The translations under genes and the position numbers were made by a program. From contig JAWOEV010000197.1 of the NCBI GenBank assembly GCA_046482565.1, forward strand, positions 1 through 31,016: a stretch of 31,016 bases of DNA, written 5' to 3'. How positions within the stretch are numbered: position 1 is the stretch's first letter; every line of letters begins with the position of its first letter. This DNA is from Lentisphaeria bacterium (GTDB lineage Bacteria; Verrucomicrobiota; Lentisphaeria; Oligosphaerales; MVZH01). Below the pieces are notes generated by a model. That model worked only from the letters and a program-made list of their open reading frames with translations. It was not told the DNA's origin and searched no databases. This document shows, piece after piece, positions 17,965 through 25,764 of the stretch.

Positions 17965-18202
17965 TAGCCCGAACATTGCATGAAAAATGAGATTATGCGG
18001 TATAAATATATGAATAAAAAGACTTATATCGCTTTTTATAAAGTTGCACTTTGTAACCCGGTGTATAATCTCATTTTTCACCCGGAGGGCGAAGCAACAG
18101 CATCACATCTTTGCTTTTTCCGGCTTGAAGCGGTGGAAACCACAGCACCAAACCGGAAATAACAAATCTGCAATACTGTTGCTTCGTGCAATATCCGGGC
18201 TA
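17965..18202. mobile_element. MITE-like element (copy A), 238 bp with terminal inverted repeats
   Basis: TAGCCCGAACATTGCA ... TGCAATATCCGGGCTA (14/16 inverted match). Internal perfect inverted repeats at 17981-17996/18065-18080 (16 bp) and 18090-18100/18176-18186 (11 bp). Confidence 0.8.
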
Positions 18203-18281
18203 AATTTTATAAAAGTCAATATCTAAAAAATGTAAGAAGCATAAACTATATTCCAAAAATAGCCAAAGGAAAAGGAAAACT

Positions 18282-19844
18282 ATGGGTTATTATCTCGGAT
18301 TGGATGCCAGTACGCAGAGTATCAGCGGTACAATCATCAACCTGGAGACGGCTGAAGTTGTCGTCGAAGCGAGCGTGGTTTTTGATACTATTCCCGGTTA
18401 TAACTGCCCGAATGGTGTCTTGCCGAATGATGATCAGTTGATCAATCATGCTAATCCTTTGGTATGGTTGGACGGCTTGGAAAAGCTGTTAAAAGATTTG
18501 ACTGCGACCGGGGTTGACCTGGGTGCCGTAAAGGCGGTAAGCGGCAGCGGCCAGCAACACGGCACGGTTTATCTGAATGAAAAATTTCTGGACGCATCCT
18601 CATGGTCTGCCGACGGCGGCAGCTTGGCGACCATGGCAAAGCCTATGCTGAGCCGCGAAACGGCACCGATCTGGATGGACAGCTCAACCTCGACGGAATG
18701 CCGGGAAATAGCGACGCGCGCCGGTAGCGATGAAGAAGCGCAAAAACGTAGCGGGTCGCCAGCCATTGAACGCTTTTCCGGACCACAGATAAGAAAGTTC
18801 GCAAAAGAGGCACCGGAGAAATATGAGCAAACTGCGATTATTCATCTGGTAAGTTCGTTTCTGGCATCGATGCTGGCCGGGGAAAGCGTCGCGATTGACA
18901 CCGGTGACGGTGCCGGGATGAACCTGATGAATCTGCAGAGTTGTGACTGGGATACGGTCTTACTGGAGGCAACCGCCCCGGATTTGCAGAAAAAGTTGCC
19001 GACTATTGTTGCCAGCGACACGGTGGTCGGAAAAATCAGCTCGTACATGGTGGATAAATACGGTTTTTCGCCGGAATGTAAAGTGATAGCGTGGTCGGGG
19101 GACAATCCCAACAGCCTGATTGGAGTTGGCGGTTATGCGCCAGGTACAGCGGTGATTTCCCTGGGTACCAGCTATACCTATTTCGCGGCCATGGATGAGC
19201 CGCGCGTGGATCCAAACGGCTACGGACACGTATTCGGCAACCCGGCGGGCGGCTTTATGAGCTTGATATGTTTTAAGAACGGGGCCTTGGCGCAGGATGA
19301 AGTGCGTAAAAAGCACGGTCTGTCATGGTCGGAATTTGACGCAATATTTACGCATACCCCTCCCGGCAACAACAGCAATATGATGTTGCCGTATTTTGTG
19401 CCTGAAATCACGCCGCTGGTGCTTGATTCCGGGGTCGTAAAACAAGGCAGCAAGGAATTTGTCAACGGTGAAGATCGGGCCGCCGAAATCAGAGCGGTGA
19501 TTGAGGGCCAGGCATTGCGCCTGAAATTGCACTCGGCGTGGATCGGTGAAGAAACGAACAAAATCAGAATTACCGGGGGGGCTTCGAAAAGCAAGCCGAA
19601 CTGTCAAACCTTGGCGGATGTTTTTAACGCCCGGGTCGAGTTACTGGAGTCTGAGAATGCTCCGGGGCTGGGGGCGGCCATGCGCGCAGCACATGCGGCC
19701 GGAGGCGGCGATTGGGCGTTGCTAACTGACAAGTTCTGTAGGCCCGCACCCGAAAAGAAATATGACCCCATACCCGACAATGTCGAGATTTACAAAGAGA
19801 TGCTGTCGCGTTACAAAGAGTTTGCGCAACCGGAGAATGTTTAG
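18282..19844 (+). CDS. xylB: Xylulokinase-like FGGY carbohydrate kinase
   Basis: LGLDASTQS, SGSGQQHGTVY, PIWMDSST, ERFSGPQIRK, GDNPNSL, ISLGTS, ITGGAS. Confidence 0.85.
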   Translation: MGYYLGLDASTQSISGTIINLETAEVVVEASVVFDTIPGYNCPNGVLPNDDQLINHANPLVWLDGLEKLLKDLTATGVDLGAVKAVSGSGQQHGTVYLNEKFLDASSWSADGGSLATMAKPMLSRETAPIWMDSSTSTECREIATRAGSDEEAQKRSGSPAIERFSGPQIRKFAKEAPEKYEQTAIIHLVSSFLASMLAGESVAIDTGDGAGMNLMNLQSCDWDTVLLEATAPDLQKKLPTIVASDTVVGKISSYMVDKYGFSPECKVIAWSGDNPNSLIGVGGYAPGTAVISLGTSYTYFAAMDEPRVDPNGYGHVFGNPAGGFMSLICFKNGALAQDEVRKKHGLSWSEFDAIFTHTPPGNNSNMMLPYFVPEITPLVLDSGVVKQGSKEFVNGEDRAAEIRAVIEGQALRLKLHSAWIGEETNKIRITGGASKSKPNCQTLADVFNARVELLESENAPGLGAAMRAAHAAGGGDWALLTDKFCRPAPEKKYDPIPDNVEIYKEMLSRYKEFAQPENV

Positions 19845-21029
19845 ATGGCTTTTTCCTCCGATGAACTGAGAGAAGTGATTACCGAGCGCGAAAACGCCCT
19901 CCGGAAACCGGGAGCGATGATGTTTTCGCGTTCACGTTATCAGATTGAACGCGTGTTGGGAGAAGGCGGTATGGGAATTACCTGCCTGGCGGATGAAATC
20001 AGCGCCGCCAATCTGCAGCGTCCGGTAGTTCTGAAGTTTGTCAAGGACAGCTTGGACACTATGCGTCTCGACCGCTTCCTCAACGAGGTACAGCTGAGTG
20101 TGCTTTTCAATCATCCGAACCTAGTGCCTGTTTACCGGCTCGAATCTGAAACCCTCAAGATTGAAGTTCCGAAGCAGCGTAGCTTTATGGGGCGAAATTA
20201 TGAACATACTATCTATTATGCCGTAATGCAGTACATCGACGGCTGGAACCTTCGACAGCTGGTTGATCGCCTGCGCAAGCTTAATATCAAACTCAACCCT
20301 GACATCACGATGTTTATAATCAACCGGGTGGCGCGGGGATTACATTATGTGCATGAATACACCGATGACTCCAATAGTCAGCACCTCCAGCTGGTACACC
20401 GCGATGTATCGCCTGAGAATATATTGATAGACCGTTTCGGGCGGGTCAAGGTTGCTGATTTCGGCTTGGCAAAAAAAGGCGAGTTGCTGAAAAGCGACGC
20501 TGTGAACCAACTCGGCAAGATGCTTTATACCTCTCCCGAACAGCTTGACGGAGAAAGCATTGACCGGCGGGCCGATATCTACAACATCGGCCTGCTTTTG
20601 TATTTTCTGTTTACCGACAATGATCGGTTCGGACCGGAATGGGGCCTGGAGCGGATGCGTGATCGAATTCGCACTAAAATGGCTAAATCCGTCTTACCCG
20701 ATCTCAAGGATATTGACCCGCGCCTGGCTCATATCTGCGAACTCTGTCTGACCGAGGAACCTGATGGTCGCTATCAGACGTGTGAAGATTTGGCCACTGA
20801 TATTGATATCTACTTCAAGGAAAGCCAAAAAATCGTTACCAATGAACAACTTGAAGAGATTCTTAACGAGCTCTTCAAAGAACGCCCGGCTTTTACATCG
20901 CGCCGCTTTATCCCTTTGACCGGTACGCCTCATTTGAGACCGCTGGGGTATGATCCATCATCCGTACAGGAACCGGAGAAAATAAAGGGCCCACTGCCGA
21001 CTGTACGACTGGATGATCCCGATGAGTAG
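19845..21029 (+). CDS. Hanks-type Ser/Thr protein kinase (soluble)
   Basis: LGEGGMG, VLK, HRDVSPENIL, DFG, YTSPEQ, DIYNIG; no TM segment seen. Confidence 0.92.
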   Translation: MAFSSDELREVITERENALRKPGAMMFSRSRYQIERVLGEGGMGITCLADEISAANLQRPVVLKFVKDSLDTMRLDRFLNEVQLSVLFNHPNLVPVYRLESETLKIEVPKQRSFMGRNYEHTIYYAVMQYIDGWNLRQLVDRLRKLNIKLNPDITMFIINRVARGLHYVHEYTDDSNSQHLQLVHRDVSPENILIDRFGRVKVADFGLAKKGELLKSDAVNQLGKMLYTSPEQLDGESIDRRADIYNIGLLLYFLFTDNDRFGPEWGLERMRDRIRTKMAKSVLPDLKDIDPRLAHICELCLTEEPDGRYQTCEDLATDIDIYFKESQKIVTNEQLEEILNELFKERPAFTSRRFIPLTGTPHLRPLGYDPSSVQEPEKIKGPLPTVRLDDPDE

Positions 21030-21036
21030 AGGTGCC

Positions 21037-21321
21037 CTAGCCCGACTTTCGCAGAAATTCGGGCTAAAACAAAATCTTTGCGAAATTTTGTGTCATAAGT
21101 CGTTGCATTGCAACAAAAGCAGTTCCATTTAAGCTATGTAGTGCCAATCAACAGCTTGCAATATTTTTATCCGGGTCATGTTGTTCTTATTATGTTTTTT
21201 CGCATTAAGACAACTCGCTCGGGAGAAGCGCTGCAGCTGGTCGAATCCTACTGTAACCGGGAGGGAAAGCCACGGCAGCGCATCGTGGTATCCCTAGCCC
21301 AAGTTGCGAAACTTGGGCTAG
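21037..21321 (+). mobile_element. Internally deleted IS1634-like element (non-autonomous), flanked by CTAG/CTAG
   Basis: About 95% identical by eye to 30749-31003 up to ATCGTGGTATC. It carries the first 34 codons of the transposase (ATG 21192). Ends are CCCGACTTTCGCA / TGCGAAACTTGGG, between CTAG at 21037-40 and CTAG at 21318-21. Confidence 0.8.
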
Positions 21322-21483
21322 CCTGGGATCGCAGAAGTCAGCCCATGGATAATGGCACCGAATGGGGTATCCGGACACAACCAAGTTTTGCAGGGACCGA
21401 ATCCGGTAGCGCGATATGAAAAAGGCAAGCAGGGCGTTATCACGATAGACTAAGTGTTAGGCAGACGCCCGGCCGAATTGAAG

Positions 21484-21557
21484 TGGTTACCCCGCTAGGA
21501 CTTGAACCCAGACCGACAGGACCAGAACCTGCTGTGCTACCATTACACCACGGGGTA
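21484..21557 (-). tRNA. tRNA-Gln(CTG)
   Basis: TACCCCG acceptor with U1-A72, D-arm, anticodon stem GCAGG/CCTGT with loop TTCTGGT, T-loop TTCAAGT, and encoded CCA. Confidence 0.95.
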
Positions 21558-21720
21558 ATTCGATTCCGATAAGATAGCTCGGTATCGGTTGATTTCAATT
21601 TAGTAGATCGCAAATGCGACATTGCTTCGACTCCGCAGGTTGATGAAATTGAGGCCTGAAGCAAGGCGCGCCATCGAGTGACTGGTAGACATTTATTATT
21701 GATATAGAGGTTATTGAACT

Positions 21721-22929
21721 TTGTACAAAATTGCCCGAACACTGTTGGTCGTTTCCGTGGTTCTACTGCTGATCCTCGGCCTCAGCATGCTGTATTCCAC
21801 CACTTATACCGCCTGGCAGGAGACATTACTGAAAAAGCAGCTTATGTGGATCGTCGCCGGTGGTTTAATCGCCGCTGCCTGTGACACGTTTCTGGATTAC
21901 CGCCAGCTCGGACGCCGGGCTTACTGGCTGTTAATCATTTTCGCCATACTGTTAGGGTATCTGGCCGTGGCCAATCACCTTCATCGCTTGAGTTTTATAC
22001 CGGAAAACGCCGCCTATTCTATGCCGTTTGTGGCCGGCTTGTCAAAAGGCAGTGCCCGCTGGCTGAGTCTCGGCCCGGCCTCAGTTCAGCCTTCAGAGTT
22101 TGCGAAGCTGGCGATAATAATTTTTCTGGGCGATTATTTCATGCGGCATGCCCGCCACACGCACGAGTTTTATCGCGGTTTTTTCAAGCCGATGGCGACA
22201 GTGGGGGTTATTGGCATCCTTATTCTGGCTGGCGGTGACCTCAGTACAACGGCAATAACCGGGGGGGTCGTGCTCTGTATGGCTTTCATCGGCGGCATAC
22301 GGATTCGTTATCTGGTGCTGATCCTGGTCGCCGGCCTGGCAGTGGCGGGAGCGGCCATAAAAACCAGTCCGGAACGTATAAGTCGTCTTACTTCTTATCA
22401 AGCGCCGGAAAAATATCAGCAGGATAGCGGTTACCAATTATGGAACTCAATACTTGCTCTGGGCTCGGGTGGACCGCTGGGGCTGGGGTTTACCGACAGC
22501 CGTATGAAACGGCATTACCTCCCGGAATCTCACACCGATTTCATTGTCGCTATTATCGGCGAAGAGCTGGGCTATAGCGGTGTGCTGGCGCTGGTTGTTC
22601 TCTACCTTGCCGCTACTACGGCGGCTATCTGGATCGCGGCTCTGGCCCCCGACCGGGCCGGTACACTGATGGCTTCCGGCGTCGGCATATCGCTGGCGCT
22701 GAATGCATTCATCAATATCAGCGTGGTGAGCGGTTTTTTCCCCACAACCGGCGTGACGGCACCGTTTATCAGTTACGGGGGCTCGAGCATGGTAGCATCC
22801 CTGACGGGTATCGGTTTACTTCTGAGCGTCTGTCGAGTGGCTGAGAAACAGGCCCTAGAAAAAATGGAAGAGGAACAGCATAAGGTTCGCGCCGAACCGC
22901 TTTACCGGAAGCGGATTGAAGGCAACTGA
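21721..22929 (+). CDS. ftsW: FtsW/RodA/SpoVE-family peptidoglycan glycosyltransferase
   Basis: GSARW, QPSEFAKL, LPESHTDFI, SYGGSSM; about 10 TM; TTG start. FtsW versus RodA cannot be resolved here. Confidence 0.9.
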   Translation: MYKIARTLLVVSVVLLLILGLSMLYSTTYTAWQETLLKKQLMWIVAGGLIAAACDTFLDYRQLGRRAYWLLIIFAILLGYLAVANHLHRLSFIPENAAYSMPFVAGLSKGSARWLSLGPASVQPSEFAKLAIIIFLGDYFMRHARHTHEFYRGFFKPMATVGVIGILILAGGDLSTTAITGGVVLCMAFIGGIRIRYLVLILVAGLAVAGAAIKTSPERISRLTSYQAPEKYQQDSGYQLWNSILALGSGGPLGLGFTDSRMKRHYLPESHTDFIVAIIGEELGYSGVLALVVLYLAATTAAIWIAALAPDRAGTLMASGVGISLALNAFINISVVSGFFPTTGVTAPFISYGGSSMVASLTGIGLLLSVCRVAEKQALEKMEEEQHKVRAEPLYRKRIEGN

Positions 22930-22966
22930 GGCAATCCGATGGCCGCCGGTGAAAGGAGAAGCACCT

Positions 22967-23959
22967 ATGTCCGCCAAAACTGGTTATCTTTTAACCTCCG
23001 AAAGTACTGACCCCTTTTTTAACCTTGCCTTGGAGGAATGGCTTCTGCGCGCCAGCCCGTACCAGTCCTGCACACTGGTTTATCGTAATAAGCCCTCAAT
23101 CGTCATGGGGCGTAATCAAAATCCGTGGCTGGAGTGCAACCTTGACTTTGTCGAAGCCAATAATCTTATACTGACCCGTCGAATCTCAGGTGGCGGAACC
23201 GTTTACCACGACTTAGGCAATGCCAACTTCACTTTCGTAATGCCGCGTAAACAATACGCCCCCCGGGTTCACCTTAAACTGGTGGCAGAGGCTCTAACCA
23301 AGCTTGGCGTGCAGGCCGATATCACCGATCGCAACAACCTTTTTGTCAACCGGGCAAAAATCTCCGGTACGGCATTTATGCTTACCGGCAAACGGGCTTT
23401 GCAACACGGCACACTTTTAATCAACGCCGATTTACAAAAGTTAAATCAAGCCCTCGAGAATTCACTGCCGGAGGTGGATACTCACGCGGTGGCCTCGGTA
23501 TCGGATGCAGTTACCAATCTCGTTGATATAATCCCTGATATATCATACCAGCAATTCATTGACGCGATCCGGGCAGTTTTAATGGATCGCACAGCTGATT
23601 TAAAGGTAAGCACACTTTCCGAATCAGACTTTTCCGAAAACCAGGATTTTCAGAAATACTACAGGCTCCAACACAGCCGGAACTGGGTTTACGGCAAGAC
23701 ACCTGCTTTTTCTTTCTATACCCGATTGCCAAATGGTAATTCGGAATCCGCCAATTACCAAATATCAGTCAAAGGCGGCAGAATTAACGAGATCTGCCCC
23801 GAGCCCGTCTGCCCGTTAGGCGACACATCAATACGTCAACTCATGAGTTTCCCGAAGAAACAGGAGGATGTGTCTTGCGACGAGGACCAAAGGCAAGGTC
23901 ACCTTTCCCCGACAGCAACACAGCAACGGGCCGGGTTTCCGGAAAATAAGAAAATATAA
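22967..23959 (+). CDS. lplA: Lipoate-protein ligase A
   Basis: Start re-called at MSAKTG (RBS AAAGGAG). NLALEEWL, MGRNQNPW, RRISGGGTVYHDLGN, KISGTA, HGTLL. Confidence 0.9.
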   Translation: MSAKTGYLLTSESTDPFFNLALEEWLLRASPYQSCTLVYRNKPSIVMGRNQNPWLECNLDFVEANNLILTRRISGGGTVYHDLGNANFTFVMPRKQYAPRVHLKLVAEALTKLGVQADITDRNNLFVNRAKISGTAFMLTGKRALQHGTLLINADLQKLNQALENSLPEVDTHAVASVSDAVTNLVDIIPDISYQQFIDAIRAVLMDRTADLKVSTLSESDFSENQDFQKYYRLQHSRNWVYGKTPAFSFYTRLPNGNSESANYQISVKGGRINEICPEPVCPLGDTSIRQLMSFPKKQEDVSCDEDQRQGHLSPTATQQRAGFPENKKI

Positions 23960-24920
23960 TCATGATTACAACGGTAATCGGAACACACAAGAACATTCCG
24001 AGAATTCCCCAGATCGCCCCCCACAGTCCCAGGGAAAGCAAAATCACCAGCGGGCTCAAGTTCAGCGTATTCCCCATTAGCTTCGGTTCAACCAAACTGC
24101 CTATGCAAAACTGAATTGCTGTCAACACGCCGGCCGTAATAATAAAAGGTGCCAGTGTATCAAACTGCACTAACGCCAGAACCGATGGAAAAGCGGTGGC
24201 AATAATTGAACCGATCGTAGGAATAAAATTGAGGAGAAAGATCAAAACCGCCCAGAAACTGGCAAAATCCACCCCTACAAGCGACAAAACAAGATAACTC
24301 AACAAGCCGGTGGCAGCACTGGTAAGCACCTTGATACCTACATACGTTCTGATATCACTGCGAATTTTGCCAATCAGCTCAAACATATCTTTTCGACGCT
24401 CGGGGTTCACTACCAAGTTGCGCAATTTGTCAGGAAATGTTCGTTGCTCCACAAGCAGGAAAATCAGGTATACGATAATGATGCCTGTACTGCTGACCAA
24501 AGTCCGGACCGTGTTGCCGAAAAGCTTAAGATATTTCTGAAAATCCAAGCGCTTCAATATCTCCTGTAAATTGGGTACCTGCTCGGCACCGAGAAGATGA
24601 TACCCTTTATATATCAGCTCTTCCAGGTTTTTCTGATATTCAGGCGCTACCTCAATAACACTGGCGATATTCATACTTATTAACTGAAATAAAAAACTCA
24701 GAGAAGTTAGGATCACCGCAATAGCAAAAACCATAGCAAACGGCCGCGGCAACCCCCTCCCCTGAACCTTAATATCACAAATGGAATGGGTTAAAATGTT
24801 GATGAGATAGGTGATGGCACCCGCCACAACTAGGGGCAACAGCAGAAATTGCCCCTTATACAGCAAGTAAAAACTCAGGACGACGATCACCATGGTCATC
24901 GCTGTGCGCTGGATTTTCAT
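23841..24920 (-). CDS. AI-2E family transporter
   Basis: Multi-TM protein with FLLNFIPTIGSIIA, EPKLMGNTLNLSPLVILLSL and WGILGMFLCVP. Confidence 0.92.
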   Translation of the reverse strand: MKIQRTAMTMVIVVLSFYLLYKGQFLLLPLVVAGAITYLINILTHSICDIKVQGRGLPRPFAMVFAIAVILTSLSFLFQLISMNIASVIEVAPEYQKNLEELIYKGYHLLGAEQVPNLQEILKRLDFQKYLKLFGNTVRTLVSSTGIIIVYLIFLLVEQRTFPDKLRNLVVNPERRKDMFELIGKIRSDIRTYVGIKVLTSAATGLLSYLVLSLVGVDFASFWAVLIFLLNFIPTIGSIIATAFPSVLALVQFDTLAPFIITAGVLTAIQFCIGSLVEPKLMGNTLNLSPLVILLSLGLWGAIWGILGMFLCVPITVVIMIIFSYFPETRPVAVLLSGKGDLAFGPRRKTHPPVSSGNS

Positions 24921-24922
24921 GC

Positions 24923-25585
24923 TTACTTCGACGCTCCAGGGGCAATGGTTTCATAGCTGTCATAGTCCAGCGGGGCAAAAGGCGTTTGATCGCGAGATAA
25001 TAAAGCTCCTTTCAAAGGCTTAACCTGAGGGGCGCTGAAAGTCCACCAGCGATCGGGCACTCGCGCACGGCTCTTATTGTAATTGTAATCTTTCACCATC
25101 TGACCGCCAATAAACGCTTCCAAATGAATCAGTACGTCCCGGTCTTTAACGTCACCATCATCATCATAATGACGTAAAATAGCGCGCGGCCTGACATATA
25201 TGACGGCGAAATGCTCGTCATCCTCCTCCCAGACATCCATATAAGTCACCGATTTTTTCATAAGCAAACGAGGAGTGTCCCCGTTCAAAAGCAATACGTT
25301 CCAGTCAAGCCGCAGAGAGTCAATCCAACCCTCTTTTCCGCCACGACTTTCATATTCAATGGTTATCCGCAACCACTTAAGGCGGGATCCACTCGTCGCC
25401 ATGGTGCCCCCCTCTGCCTGGTACTGCGGGGATTCAACTTGCTCAATCTCGATATCAGTGACTCTAACCCCCCCCCCGGTACTACGCTGTTGAGCCGATG
25501 ACACAGGCGTCAGGATTATCCAACATCCTAAGGTCACCATCAAAGCACTCCGCAAAACTGCTAAACTTTTCAAATGAGACTGCAT
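24923..25585 (-). CDS. Secreted protein resembling the Amuc_1102 pilus-like family
   Basis: Signal peptide; KWLRITIEYE...WID.L...VLL and C-terminal LLSRDQTPFAPLDYDSYETI recall Verrucomicrobia Amuc_1102-type proteins. This is recognition from memory, not a search. Confidence 0.6.
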   Translation of the reverse strand: MQSHLKSLAVLRSALMVTLGCWIILTPVSSAQQRSTGGGVRVTDIEIEQVESPQYQAEGGTMATSGSRLKWLRITIEYESRGGKEGWIDSLRLDWNVLLLNGDTPRLLMKKSVTYMDVWEEDDEHFAVIYVRPRAILRHYDDDGDVKDRDVLIHLEAFIGGQMVKDYNYNKSRARVPDRWWTFSAPQVKPLKGALLSRDQTPFAPLDYDSYETIAPGASK

Positions 25586-25764
25586 GATAAAACTCCTTTT
25601 GCTGATTTAATACACTTTAATATTCCACGTTATATGGCGTTCGGCAAGCTCGCAGCTTGTTCATGCCGGTGTGTCGAGTATATTTTACCTTAAGTGTTTA
25701 ACAAGCTACATGATAATGTTCTACAATAAACCACTGCGATCATTCTGCAAAAAGGATCTGTTTT

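Noticed and set aside
11754-18202. CRISPR array or integron attC interpretation of the repeats
   Set aside because: The copies are kilobases apart with no regular repeat-spacer period, no cas or integrase gene is present, and they lack GTTRRRY/RYYYAAC cores.
21108-21419. 103-aa ORF as an intact gene
   Set aside because: It is a chimera of IS left-end DNA, 34 transposase codons and read-through into the terminal palindrome and flank.
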